A stretch of 63,486 bases of DNA, filler included, from Octopus bimaculoides (taxonomy: Eukaryota), in the NCBI RefSeq assembly GCF_001194135.2. It is 3 parts of 3 records of this genome, joined end to end, with 100 filler letters (N's around TTAATTAATTAA, not from the genome) between each part and the next. Parts side by side here need not be neighbours in the genome. Positions count along the whole stretch, not along the records: positions 17,073 to 45,323 come from NC_068994.1; 2 more parts are not named here. One strand, written 5' to 3'. A program made the translations under genes and the position numbers. Shown in pieces: positions 23,560-36,984 of the stretch (positions within the stretch are counted from its first letter, which is position 1; each line of letters starts with the position of its first letter). Below the pieces are notes generated by a model, which searched no databases, was not told where the DNA came from, and saw nothing but the letters and a program-made list of their open reading frames with translations.

Positions 23560-24110
23560 CCTCCCCACAAATTTTCCCATCAAAGACTTAATTAAAACAA
23601 ATACAAACATGAATATCACCAAGTTAAATAAAATAAAATATACCACAGCAACTATAGCTACAAAAGATAGTGGCTTCTCCCTTACGTCTACTCATAGAGG
23701 AATAGCAAAATACAAACTTTATGGCAAACAAAATACAAAAATGAAAGATAAAAAAAAAAGAAAGAGCAATCAATCCTTAATGAAATCAATAATGAAATGA
23801 CACAACAGGAATAAAGAATATAAACATTAATACTCCAGAAATGTATAACAAAAACAAAAAATAGTGCCCCAAATCAAAGAATGCTTGAAAAAATAAATCC
23901 TTGCTCAACCAAAATGAATTTGTAAAGCAACAATAATTTTTTGAACAAAACAAAACAACTTGACTCCAGCACAAGAGGATTCCATCAAGAAGTGGGCAAA
24001 AAATAAAACAGAAGTCAATGTAGAAGGAACAGCAAAAGAAATGGGAGAATCTTTATCAAGGAGTGTGGGTAGTGAAGGTATCATTGTCAACAATGTTGTT
24101 CAAAACAACA
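23560..24110 (+). mobile_element. Degraded R4/Dong-like LINE, N-terminal ORF region
   Basis: Broken frames NITKLNKIKYTTATIATKDSG, FFEQN, STRGFHQEVGKK and EVNVEGTAKEMG resemble the pre-RT region of R4-clade ORFs (recognised from memory). Confidence 0.5.
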
Positions 24111-24296
24111 AACAGCACACCTGAGAGAATTGTGGAAGGTTCTAAAAGAGCAAGAAGTTCAGGTGCTGTAAAGATCAAACACCTGGAAGGTGTAAGATAC
24201 CAAATTTGTCCCAAAATATTTAACAAGAGCACACAAATGCTGAGCAGTAACGTTTAATAAGACAGAATCCTTGTAATCTAATCAGTTTGTGCCAGC

Positions 24297-24425
24297 CACG
24301 AGGTCCAAACATCTCTGAAAGTTTCACCTGAATCCATCCAGCGGTTCTTGAGATATCTTGTTCACAGACAGACAAACAAACGCAACTGAAAACAATACCC
24401 CCATCTTTGCTAAGGCGGAAGTAAT
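24297..24425. mobile_element. Possible Helentron/HINE-type non-autonomous end
   Basis: ATCCATCCAGCGGTTCTTGAGATATCTTGTTCACAGACAGACAAAC...GCTAAGGCGGAAGTAA resembles termini of such elements. Classification uncertain. Confidence 0.35.
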
Positions 24426-24426
24426 A

Positions 24427-24460
<34 letters not shown>

Positions 24461-25506
24461 CAAATTTTGGCACAAGGCCAGCTTTTTTTATGAAGCAGGG
24501 GGTCAGTGAAGTTTACCAATCCAAGTGTTCAGCTGGTACTGATGCGAGTGAATGAACAAATGAATAAAAGTAGCACTCAATACATCTACTTGAGATCGTA
24601 TTTATTGAGTTACAGGTTGACCCAGCTCCCCATGTGACTTAAATTTTGTGGATATAAAAAATTTAAAAAAAAACATGGCTAGTTCCTCAGACTTTCAGAA
24701 GTAAATACTTTTGAACGTTTATCTCACATCTATGAAACTTTAAGTAACACGAGGAGCTGCCAATACACACACACACACACACACTGTTATTCTGTAATAT
24801 GCTTCAGCCCTGAGGCTGTGGCCATGCTGGGGTATCGCCAGTGTAATCACTCTTTATTTGGCCAATTCTATGTGATAGGCTTTTGGTAAAGGAGGGAGTT
24901 CAACACTGCTGCCCTTTTTTTGAGTTTTCTGCCTTGATATTGGTTCATCTGGGATCTTGAACAGAAAGTGGTCAAGTTGTTTCTTGAAAACATCTACCCA
25001 CTTTAAAAAATTTTTTTTATTTAAAACTGCATTTTTAAGGAATGTTTATTTAGAATGCCTGTTATAGACACCCATCACTCTCTTTTATGATCTGATGGGA
25101 AGAGATGCATGATAAAGAGATATATGATAGAAAAATGAATGATATAGGGACATGAGATAGAGATTTAGGTAGGGAATTCCAATCTAATACCCAGCGATTT
25201 GGTAACTTAGATCCTTCCAATTATACAAAATAAAATTTGCTCATCAACTACAAACTTTCTGACACAATTGCATAAAACTGGAGATCACACTGTTTGTCTG
25301 AGGCAAAAATTTCTATATTTATATCAGCATTTTATCTATCTGCTTTCATATGTATATTAACCATATATCTTGCTTGTGCATCATTGCATAGCCTCTGTGA
25401 CCTTCATACAGGCCAGACTTGAGTCTCTCTTTTACGAAATAGAATAATTTTGAGCTCATATATATAAATACACACAAGTATGATTGTGTGTTTGTATTTA
25501 TATACA

Positions 25507-25545
<39 letters not shown>

Positions 25546-25546
25546 G

Positions 25547-25581
<35 letters not shown>

Positions 25582-25593
25582 TTATCAATCTTG

Positions 25594-25624
<31 letters not shown>

Positions 25625-25644
25625 CACATACATACATACATACA

Positions 25645-25676
<32 letters not shown>

Positions 25677-25759
25677 CATACAGACATACATATGTATGTA
25701 TATCTTAAGTCCCATAAGATTTTGAGATAGATAGATAGATAGATGTACACACATATATA

Positions 25760-25792
<33 letters not shown>

Positions 25793-26754
25793 GTACATGT
25801 CGCCCACATACACATATACACACACATCCCTCCCCCCTAAATATATGCACATACATACAAACTGTGTGACACACACACTTACACATAGAGAATTGTAAGG
25901 AAATTCCAGATAAATGTGTCACTGTGAAAGCAGAGTTTATATAACTACTCTTCCTCTTCCTCCACCCCCTCTCTACCCATTTTATTCTCCTCCCACCAAC
26001 CTCTCACATGTCTTTCACAAACTCCTTTTTCTCCTCCTCTCACCCTTTCCCCCTTGTAATCTTTACTCTCTCTAACCATCTCTTCTGCCTTATTTTCTCA
26101 CTCTTTCCCTACCAGCCTTTCTTATCTCTTTTTCTTTCTCACTTTGTCTCTCTCTGCCTCTCTTCCTTTCTCTCTCCCTCTCTTCCACTCACACATGCGC
26201 ACACAATGGTGAGTTTATTTAAACACCATTAATCAGAACACCCTACCTTCCACCGTATTTTTCTTGATGCACCATATATACACAGACATGTACATACATA
26301 TACCCATATACACACCCGTTTTCACACACACCAAGCACATCNNNNNNNNNNTATATATATATATATATATACACATACATACATACGTACATACATATAC
26401 ATTCATGCATATTCACACACACACACATATATATGCATGTATGTGTGTATATATATATATATCATCAGCATCATCATCCTCATCACACATATATCTGTAT
26501 GCATACATACATANNNNNNNNNNTATATATATATCATCAGCATCATCATCCTCATCACACATATATCTGTATGCAAACATACATACATACATAGCTACAC
26601 ACATGTGTGCACATACACACATGCACTCACAAGTATTGCTCCCTTTTTGGCCCCCAACCCACTTATTCTTCTCTCACACACTCTTTCTCTCTATTCGTCC
26701 CTTTTACCCTTTTCTATACCCCACCAGCCTTCATCATGTAACATCTGCACAGCC

Positions 26755-26786
<32 letters not shown>

Positions 26787-28295
26787 GTATATATACATAT
26801 ATATACACTCACATACATTGCCAACACACACACACCTATCCTACCCTTATCCCTAATATTCTCCCTTCATTTTCCACCATCCCACTCCCACCCTTTCTTA
26901 CACTCTCTTCCTCTCTCTCTCCTTCTCCTTCTCTTTCCCACACTCTCTCTCTCTCTCCTTCATTCTCCCCCTTTTCTCTTCCTCCTTCTTTCTCTTAGCT
27001 TTCTCATTAACCTNNNNNNNNNNNNNNNNNNNNNNNNNNNNNNNNNNNNNNNNNNNNNNNNNNNNNNNNNNNNNNNNNNNNNNNNNNNNNNNNNNNNNNN
27101 NNNNNNNNNNNNNNNNNNNNNNNNNNNNNNNNNNNNNNNNNNNNNNNNNNNNNNNNNNNNNNNNNNNNNNNNNNNNNNNNNNNNNNNNNNNNNNNNNNNN
27201 NNNNNNNNNNNNNNNNNNNNNNNNNNNNNNNNNNNNNNNNNNNNNNNNNNNNNNNNNNNNNNNNNNNNNNNNNNNNNNNNNNNNNNNNNNNNNNNNNNNN
27301 NNNNNNNNNNNNNNNNNNNNNNNNNNNNNNNNNNNNNNNNNNNNNNNNNNNNNNNNNNNNNNNNNNNNNNNNNNNNNNNNNNNNNNNNNNNNNNNNNNNN
27401 NNNNNNNNNNNNNNNNNNNNNNNNNNNNNNNNNNNNNNNNNNNNNNNNNNNNNNNNNNNNNNNNNNNNNNNNNNNNNNNNNNNNNNNNNNNNNNNNNNNN
27501 NNNNNNNNNNNNNNNNNNNNNNNNNNNNNNNNNNNNNNNNNNNNNNNNNNNNNNNNNNNNNNNNNNNNNNNNNNNNNNNNNNNNNNNNNNNNNNNNNNNN
27601 NNNNNNNNNNNNNNNNNNNNNNNNNNNNNNNNNNNNNNNNNNNNNNNNNNNNNNNNNNNNNNNNNNNNNNNNNNNNNNNNNNNNNNNNNNNNNNNNNNNN
27701 NNNNNNNNNNNNNNNNNNNNNNNNNNNNNNNNNNNNNNNNNNNNNNNNNNNAGAGCTATTGATAATTAAATGTGGGGGGGGGGGAATAAAGAGGAGTAAA
27801 GACACAGAAAAGCAAAAGCAGAGGGAGAAATATGACAAAGTGAAGAAGATAAAACTAAGAAAGAAAATAGAAGCAAGAGAAAGCAAAGAGTTGAAAAGGA
27901 AGAGAGAGAGTATATGTGTAAATGAGTGGTAAAGATGGAGTGTTGTGGGAAGGAGAGAGAGATAGAGACAAAGAGAGAGAAGGAGAGAGATTGCAGGACA
28001 AAGTGTGAATGAAAAGATTAGAAATATACAACCCACACGTACACACACATGCACATCTAGAGCCAAAAGCCGTGTTAATAGGAGTTTCATACTTGGGGTA
28101 TATCTGAGCAATCATCGGATGATATGATAATATGCTATTCATGTAAGACGGAATGAATGTTTGCAAACAGTATCTGGTCATGTGTAAGTTGTTGCAATTC
28201 ACTTAATATGGTCACGTGCATGTGTGAGGTGTGTAACTGTACTTCTTGCCACCACCCTTCTTTACTGCTGGTGACACACACACACACACATAGTT

Positions 28296-28448
28296 GAAGG
28301 CATAGCTGTGTGGTAAGAAGCTTGCTTCTCAACCACATGGTTCTGTGTTCAGTTCCACTGCATGGAAACTTGGGCAAGTGTCTTCTACTATACACCAAGT
28401 TGACCAAAGCCTTGGATTTGGTTGATGGAAACTGAAAAAACCCCATCA
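28296..28448 (+). mobile_element. SINE family A head
   Basis: GCTGTGTGGTAAGAAGCTTGCTTCTCAACCACATGG...TTGGGCAAGTGTCTTCTACTATA. Confidence 0.8.
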
Positions 28449-30631
28449 TATATATATATATATATATANNNNNNNNNNNNNNNNNNNNNNNNNNNNNNNN
28501 NNNNNNNNNNNNNNNNNNNNNNNNNNNNNNNNNNNNNNNNNNNNNNNNNNNNNNNNNNNNNNNNNNNNNNNNNNNNNNNNNNNNNNNNNNNNNNNNNNNN
28601 NNNNNNNNNNNNNNNNNNNNNNNNNNNNNNNNNNNNNNNNNNNNNNNNNNNNNNNNNNNNNNNNNNNNNNNNNNNNNNNNNNNNNNNNNNNNNNNNNNNN
28701 NNNNNNNNNNNNNNNNNNNNNNNNNNNNNNNNNNNNNNNNNNNNNNNNNNNNNNNNNNNNNNNNNNNNNNNNNNNNNNNNNNNNNNNNNNNNNNNNNNNN
28801 NNNNNNNNNNNNNNNNNNNNNNNNNNNNNNNNNNNNNNNNNNNNNNNNNNNNNNNNNNNNNNNNNNNNNNNNNNNNNNNNNNNNNNNNNNNNNNNNNNNN
28901 NNNNNNNNNNNNNNNNNNNNNNNNNNNNNNNNNNNNNNNNNNNNNNNNNNNNNNNNNNNNNNNNNNNNNNNNNNNNNNNNNNNNNNNNNNNNNNNNNNNN
29001 NNNNNNNNNNNNNNNNNNNNNNNNNNNNNNNNNNNNNNNNCATTTAAGATATGAATATGTTTTAATCTTAATTCTTGTCTGATATGTCTGATATTTCATC
29101 AACCCTAGGAAGAAGAATGAAAAGCACAGTTGACATTGGCGAGAGATTTGCACTCAGAAAGTCAGGAGACGTCACTAGACACTTGCAGGTATTTGGTCTG
29201 ATACTCAGAAAAAAAAAAGAAAAACTGATAACAGGAGAGAATTTGATAGTTTGAGTAGCCATACAGGAAACGATAGATAGATAGAAGGAAGATGGGAGAG
29301 TCAGAGGGAAGAGGTCTATGGGAGAAGGTTGAGGAAAGAAAGAGTGAACGAAAAGAGAAAGAGACAGGGAGTGGACACAGAGAGAAAGAGAGAGTGACAA
29401 ATGAGATGGTAGACTTCAGTCATCGCTTGGTAAAACCACCAACCACGACCACCTTGTTGGTCTTTGGTTATCATTTGTGGAGTTCTCTTTGCTGTAATAT
29501 GAGATTGAAGACCATGTCTCTGCTTTTGTGATAACTACTTCCTCCACCACTAGTCTTGAAGGCCTGAAAAAAAAAAGGGTCATAGGAACTATCCTTCTCT
29601 CCAGTATAAAATAGAAATAACAAATAGAAGGGGCTGATTATATTTGTGTTGTTAAAATCAATGTAGGAAAGAAAGGAGGAAAAAGTGATAGAGAGAGAAG
29701 AAACGTGTATACCAAAGGAGAAGATTGTTAAATAGATGTAAAAAGAAAGAGAATGATTGAGAAAGAAGTGAGACAGAGGGAGTGAGAAAAAAAGAGTAAG
29801 GTTTAAATTAAAGTGACATTAAAGAGAGATGGTGGGGTATGTATGGTGATATATGATAGACAAAGGGGAATGTAGAGGAAGGAAGAGAGAAAGAATTAAA
29901 GACAGAGAATAAAGGAAAGGAGAAAAGAGAAGAAATTAGAGACACATGAAGATGTGACAGGAAGAGGAGGTGAGAGAGAAAAATGATAATAGAAAGAAAT
30001 AGGGAAAGAGAAGGATAATGGCAGGAAGAGAGAGGACCAGAAGACAAAGATGGAGATGTTTAACTTTTGAAAAAGTCTGCAAACGGAGACGCAAAAAGAA
30101 AAATCAATGTCGCTAAGGACGGACGAAAGATTCAGATTTGTGATGGAAGATTGCTGTGTATGAATACAAGCAGTGGTGAGGCAAGAGGAAATGGCTAATG
30201 GGAGAAATAAATTATGGAAAACGACTTGGCAGGGGTCTGGTTTTGAACAAAGTAACATCTTGCATAGAAAATTTGTTATGATGTAAGCGGCCCTAACAGT
30301 AATTTTTCACACACACGCACACACATATATGTGCACCTTTGTATGTATGTATGTATGTTTGTCTGTATGTATGTATGTATGTTTGTGTGTATGCATATAT
30401 ATATATATATATGTAGTGATATATATAGGTTGAGGAGGGTATTGGATTTAACCAAACCCAGGAGGATACAGGTAATACCGAGTAAGTGCTGTATACCGAT
30501 TAGTTTTGCCCCAGTCGTTGTATGAACAGGATTGGGGATTATAAGTCGTGTATTAGCGTGTGTATATGTAAATATATAAAAACAAAAAGATAAAGAGAGC
30601 AAAGGTAAGGTTGAAGAATTTTATGGATAGA

Positions 30632-30680
30632 GTCTTACAGCTGTTTCTGGGAAGATCCAGTACTTCCCTTCATCGGAGAC
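30632..30680 (-). ncRNA. Minimal type I hammerhead-ribozyme-like motif (Penelope-like terminus, family 2)
   Basis: Minus strand reads GTCT-CCGATGA-A-GGGAAG-TACTGGAT-CTTCCC-A-GAAA-CAGCTG-TA-AGAC: 4-bp stem I, 6-bp stem II, palindromic stem III ACAGCTGT, GUA triplet, U4C core change. Confidence 0.6.
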
Positions 30681-31029
30681 AGAAAAAATAAGGTAATCTA
30701 TTATTATATCCATAGGCGGATATTTTTAGTATGAAGTGGTAAAGAGTGTGATGTGCTGAAAAAAGAGAGAATAGTACTTGAAGTGTAGTTTCATTCCAGT
30801 GGTAAATATCCGTGTACTTCATCCAGTTTAAAGGATTTGTTAAGAATCAAGCCATATCAACATAGAAGACACCAGAAAATGGCTAGGTATAATTACATAG
30901 AACTGATGAACATTGCAGACATCAAATGCTGAGAGGATACTGTAGTTATGTAAATACCAAATCCAGTTAATAACCAACGATCCAACTCACAAGTAGATCT
31001 TTTGGAGCAGCATGAGTGTAAAAGAGTAA

Positions 31030-31350
31030 TGCACAAATGGTTCCAGTAATAAGAAGTCAGCTGCTTCGAGGTTCTTCTTGATGATGGCTTTCAGAGCAAC
31101 CAGCCTGCATTAATTCAGTACAATAACAGGTGCAGGCCAAACTTGTCAATGACAGCCCCACGACGGCATTTGTGAGACATGTGGAGGCTGAGGTGCTGGG
31201 CTACTCCAATGAAAATGCACTCATCATCGAGAAGGGTACAGGTGTTGAGGCATGCACCAAATTGAGCCATGCCTGCTGTCTGGTTGCGAGGCAGAGTAGA
31301 AGCATGTAAGGAAGGCTTAATCAGCCTGAAGGATGACCTGTAACTGATGT
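31030..31350 (-). mobile_element. Degraded CRE-clade non-LTR retrotransposon (zinc knuckle/RLE region)
   Basis: CTLLDDECIFIGVAQHLSLHMSHKCRRGAVIDKFGLHLL...NAG, then (frameshift) LKAIIKKNLEAADFLLLEP. Matches the CRE pattern TLLDDE...CRCG...D-x-x-G-x-H...LNDII-x-R-x-L...LEP. Confidence 0.7.
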
Positions 31351-31499
31351 CACCCCAGTTATATTAGACAGTTGTATATTATTCAGTTGACTCAAACATT
31401 TCCTTCGTATTTTAGTTGTTAAAACACAAAATCTGTGTGCATTCACAAACACATTCACACAATTTTCTCTGTTTTAGAGATCAATATCTAAGCTTTTCT

Positions 31500-32293
31500 A
31501 TGTTTGAATTTCATACATGACCTATATTCTCAAACTATTTGCTGTGGAATTTTACTAGCAAAATCAGGCAAGGTCTCTTTTCTTTGTCAGTTTGTAGGAA
31601 ATTAAAAGAAATTATACACAATCAATTTTTGTCGTTATATCTATGATTTTATCCTTTAAATTTCCTATACATTCATTTCCAAAACAATCCTGTTTTGTCA
31701 ACATTTATAATTTGTTCACCAGTATAAACACTGTCTTCATTTTTTTTTTTCAATATGGCAGGACATCTTGCTGTTGTATTTGCACTTTCTCATACAATCC
31801 TAGTGTTATTTCATTCCATATTGTTTATTAAACCTGGGAAGCTTCTTCAAAAATTTTCGATATCTCCCTATTTAGTTTCATTTTCTTTGGGTTGCGGCAA
31901 ACTGACAGACTTCGTTTTGATGGTCATTTAATTTAGAATGAGTCAGTCTTCGTTCAACATCAATGGACGTTCCTTTCCAATAATTACAATGTTTTTGTTT
32001 CTTGTTTGAAAATTTGATGATGAAGCAGCAATTAAATTGTCCTTTTCTTTATAAAATCTCGAGCTCTGAATATATATTCTGCACTGTTGATTTGCAGACA
32101 GCTTGATCTCAGCCTATTTTAGCTTTAGAAGTACCACTTTCATGCTTGCTAAATTGCTAATTTCTCTTCCAATCCAATAATTTTCACCATTCGTGCAGAC
32201 AGTAACCACTCGTTTATTATTCATGACATTAAATTGCGGGTTTAAAAATATTTATGTATGGACGGCAGAGACGCTAAACGAAGGTACTGACTG
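31500..32293 (-). mobile_element. Tigger/pogo DNA transposon remnant (5' TIR, HTH domains, first catalytic Asp region)
   Basis: 5' end TA|CAGTCAGTACCTTCGTTTAGCG. Peptides LEEKLAI..KHESGTSKAKIG, DVERRL, RFNKQYGMK, YTGEQIINVDKTGLFWK. Many stops and frameshifts; no 3' TIR seen. Confidence 0.85.
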
Positions 32294-32570
32294 TACGTAC
32301 ACGGTTCGAAATTATTTTGCAACTCGAGGCTAAACAATAACAGCCAGGAGGAAGTCAGCCACCATTACTCCAAATTAGGTGTTCAGCCATCACTGTAACA
32401 ACACCAAAACGATTGAAGAAAACAAAGGCTGCTGGTGGACATCACGTACTACAAACACACCATGTCACTTAAAATGGCCAAGAAGATCTGTAGAAACTTT
32501 GTAAACCCCATCACACTTTCTATATTCCCAATATTCCTCAGCCAAGGTGACTCTTGTTAAAGCCACCGCT

Positions 32571-32750
32571 AAGGCGGCGAGCTGCAAGAATCGTTAGCAC
32601 GTTGAACGAAATGCTTGGCAACATTTCGTCCGTCTTTATATGTGCTCAAATTCCGCCGAGATCGATTTTTGCCTTTTATCCTGTCAGGATACTGTGGTCG
32701 ATGTAATCGAATAACTCCCTCCCCCCAAAACTTCAGGCCTTGTACCACCA
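32571..32750 (+). mobile_element. SINE family B
   Basis: AAGGCGGCGAGCTGCAAGAATCGTTAGCAC...CTCAAATTCCGCCGAG. Confidence 0.8.
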
Positions 32751-35296
32751 CCAATTGCATCCGTTCATATAACAGAGGTTAAACTTGCTGCATATCGCAC
32801 CTGATTATGTCTTAAAAGTAAAGGAAATATTTACATAATGTAGTCGTAGACATACAATGCCGAGATAAAAAAATGTCTTTGATGACAGGCCTACTAACCT
32901 CGGGTTTAACAACTCAATTCATTATCACTAAATACGATATGGACTAAAAACTCGATTTCATTATCAAGGATTGACGAGTTAATTTCAGTTCTGGCAAGGT
33001 TTATTTTTTCACAATCTCAGTTACATCTTTAAAAATCAGCGATCTATTTATCTGGTCACTGATCTATCTCATTTATACGTTCTTGTTTCACGTAAAATGA
33101 TACTGTGTCTCTCACACAGAAAAAATGTATGCGTCTATAAGCGAGTGTATATGTTGGACATTATATAATGTTTGTAAAATATGTGTGTGTGTGTGTGTGT
33201 GTTTGTATGTATGTATACACTTACAGGGTAACAATTCACAATAGTTTTAACTAACTAAAGATACAAAGGACCTATTTCTATAGTTTGATTGTTCGTTAGA
33301 AGATGATAAGAGTCGTTTATCGCTCAAAGGTCGATTGCTTTATTAATTCATGTGACAGGAAATTCAGAAAACACGCACAACGCACGCACACACACGCACA
33401 CGCACACACTCTCTCTCTCCAAGATTTTTGCAGTAATAACTTTATTAGGAAGTTTAGTGCACTATGAAATATATCTTGGCCAATTACGGTTTTACACTAT
33501 TAATACTTTATTGTGACATTCCTTCTTTAGCTGTCTTTAAGATCAGCGACTCGTCTTGGACTATAATTAATGAGTTCTGGAATTGTAGCTTGAAGTCTTT
33601 CTGGTCATGTTTGGTGTAAATTATTTGGAAATTCTGATCGTGCGCTGAGTTTTTGTTTTGTTTTGTTTTTTGATAGTTCATATAAGAATTTGTTGTTACA
33701 ATTTATCTGTAAGAGACTGGTTATATTCCTACAATACACAAAATATCTAAATATTTTTTTATACAATTCCTAATAATATTTAATTATAAGAATATCATAG
33801 AAGTTTTTGAGACATCAAATGTCTACGAGGGTCCCACCCACTCACCGAAATAGGAATCCAAGGGCTCCATTGGCAAAAAAAAAAAAATGGTTAAGAACTA
33901 CTGCAGCTCTTGCAGAGCATCATTATTGCTTCTTGAAGTACTCAGTATGTAATAAAAATTTGCATTTTGCATCAATGGACAGAATTAAAATCGTTTAAGA
34001 CATACACAGACAGCAAGACTGCCTGAATAAACCCCTGCAAAAACTCATCTGGTAAAAGCATCCAACTAAAGACCATACGTCAGTCTTCTTGCAATCACAG
34101 ATGTCATTAGGTTGAGACACAAATGCAATTTACAGGGTATTTCTAGAGAGAGAGCTAAGTGATAACAAGATTAGTAATACACCTCTGTGGCCATCCTATG
34201 TGGGTTGGCCATGCGACGAAAACCTTTATCAACCAGTTTTGTTTGGGCACAAGATGCTGTCTCTTCGCTCCACCACCCCGACACTAAGTGATGGTCCCGA
34301 TATAAATGATGTGATTGAGCGGAGCAAATCTGAACAAGCTTGATCTGAAGACATATAATGATAGAAACTGTGATTGATGAGTTGCTGTGGTAACAAGTTG
34401 CCGTGGCAACAAATTATGGTCCAAAGATGTCCAGATGGCCCTTCATTTTAAATATTTTAGTTGTTTATTGAATAGAACCATCTATATATGATCAGTGGTG
34501 GAGTGGCTGTGACCTGTGGGTATGCTTGTGGCAAGCTGTAATATAAACTGTACCATTTCATATTGTTGCTGTTAATACTAATCTTGGTTTTGTTGTTGTT
34601 GTTGTGGTTGATCTTACAGCTTTTGATGTTAGTACTTTTATTAAACTATTTCTATTACTTACATTATTCCAACCATTATTGTTGTTGTCATTGCTATTGT
34701 TGTTTATATTATTGTTATTGTTGTTGTTCTTGTTGTAACTCCTCTTGTTCATGTCTCTCTTGTAGTTTGTTTAGTGTTAATGTTATAACTGTCATTTTAT
34801 TCCTATTGTCATTTCTATGGCTGTTATTGAATTGTTACTGTTGTTGTTGCTAATATTGGTGGAATTCGTGTTGTTGTTGTTGTTGTCATTCTCCTTCCTG
34901 TTGTTATTGCTATTATTCCTCCTTCTCTTCTTCCTCCCCCTCAGCCTGTTTCCTCTTCTCCTCCCCTCCCCTTTCTCTCCTCCTTGCGTTTTTTGATTAT
35001 AAGCCCAGCCAAATGTTATTCCAACAGATTACTGTCGCAGATCAAACTGTAGGAACGGTTCCTTTCAGCCTCCTTATGATTGTGTGTGGTTGCATAGGCT
35101 GTAGTATGACAGTGGTGTTGTCAGGCTGTAGTGGGGGGGGGGGCAGTGGTGTTGTGTAAGCTCTAGTGACAACAGTGATAGTGGTGTTAAGCTGTTGTGT
35201 GGTAGAGGTGTCGAGTGGGTTGCAGTAAGTTACTGGTGTTGTGTGGGCTATAGTATGGTAGTGGTGGTGGGTACACACACACACATACTCATATAT

Positions 35297-35411
35297 ACGA
35301 CAGGTTTCTTTCAGTTTCCATCTACCAAATCCACTCACAAGGCTTTTGAGACTGAACCTAGAACCATGTGGGTGGGAAGCATGCTTCTTGCCACACAGCC
35401 ACGCCTGCACC
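35297..35411 (-). mobile_element. SINE family A head with internal deletion
   Basis: GACAGGTTTCTTTCAGTTTCC...CCACACAGCCACGCCTGCACC. Confidence 0.75.
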
Positions 35412-36430
35412 TGTAACAGAGACCCCCTTCGATAGATAGATGATAAATATATAGGTAGATAGAAAAATAAACACACCCACATACAAATATGTATGGTTGA
35501 AACCAATAAACGTGAAAGATACACACACACACACACAATAAATGCCAAAACAAATTTCTGTGTGTCAGTGTGTCACACTTTGAACCCACTCTCTCGCTAT
35601 TCAATGACACTTCTACTATTCCTCATGTTGGGGTGAGAGTAATAGTAGGCACAGAGATGGTAAAGGCAGTAGTAGATTGATGGTTGAGATGGTAATGGGA
35701 TAATAGTGATAGTATGAGCTGTAGTTGTGATAGAGGTGGAGGTGATGGTGATGTGTGCATGTGTGTGTGTATATATGAAGGATTTCCACACAGTTTCTGT
35801 CTACCAAATTGACTCACAAAGCATTGATCTGCCTGGTGCTATAGTAAAAGATGTTTGCTGATTACCTGAGGTACTGAGAAATGAAACTGAACTGGAGACC
35901 CCATTGTTGCCAAGTGAGCTTCTTAAACTAAATAGTGTAACAAACAGGAAGAAATGAACTTAAAAATCACCCCTTAGAGAAAATATGGAATATTTACCAT
36001 GAGACATCTAAGTGATTCAGTGACTATTCACCTCCTCAGCCACTGTTGAATTAAATACAAGTGACTCTTTTAGCCACACAGTATAGTAGCAAATGTTAAC
36101 ATCAGAAGTGATTGGTATATAAAATTACCAGGAACAGACGAATGAAGCAATCACTTTATATATCATTGTGAAATATTAACTGTCTTAAAAAGGTTGCCAG
36201 AATGACAGGTAGGTAAGTATATTGGTAGGTTGATGGAGAAGTAGAGAAAGTAGGTAGATAGATAGAAATGGAGAAGAGAGAGAAGTAGGTAGGTAAAGAG
36301 ATAGAGCGGTAGGTAGATAGATAGATGATAGATAGATATATAGGTAGATGGAAAAATAAACACACACATACAAATATATATGTATGGCTGACACCAGTAA
36401 AAGGATAAAACATAGACATATGTGTGTGAA

Positions 36431-36466
<36 letters not shown>

Positions 36467-36901
36467 AACACATACATAAATGCACACATACTCATATACA
36501 CACACGAATTGAAAGAGGACGGATTTGTATGAATAGTTTTTGTATTAGTACTTTCATCTACCAAAACTATATATCCAAAAACAACTAAACACACTGCTGC
36601 TGCTACTACTACTACTACTGCTGCTGCTGCTTCTACTCTCTCCACACAGACACACTAAAATCTCTGGTGTGGCCATTGATTCACAAACTCAGTGATGGGT
36701 AGCCAACCACCTCTAATCGAGCCTGTCAGATATTGACTAAGCACCCCTTACTCTCCCTGGTTGCAGTCTCTACCCATACCACCACACACGGTTAGAATAT
36801 CACATTTCACCTTACACAACAGATATCAGCTTGTCTTTCTATCAATCTATCTATCTATCTATCTGTCTGTGTATTCATCTCTATCTGTCTGTCTCTCTCT
36901 A

Positions 36902-36984
<83 letters not shown>

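Noticed and set aside
26432-26590. Tandem ~50-bp repeat (ATCATCAGCATCATCATCCTCATCAC) on both sides of a 10-N gap
   Set aside because: Typical unmerged contig overlap or allelic duplication.
26960-29153. Long ORFs spanning N runs (also at 14469, 42535, 51913, 53751, 59762)
   Set aside because: Their length comes from X residues in assembly gaps.
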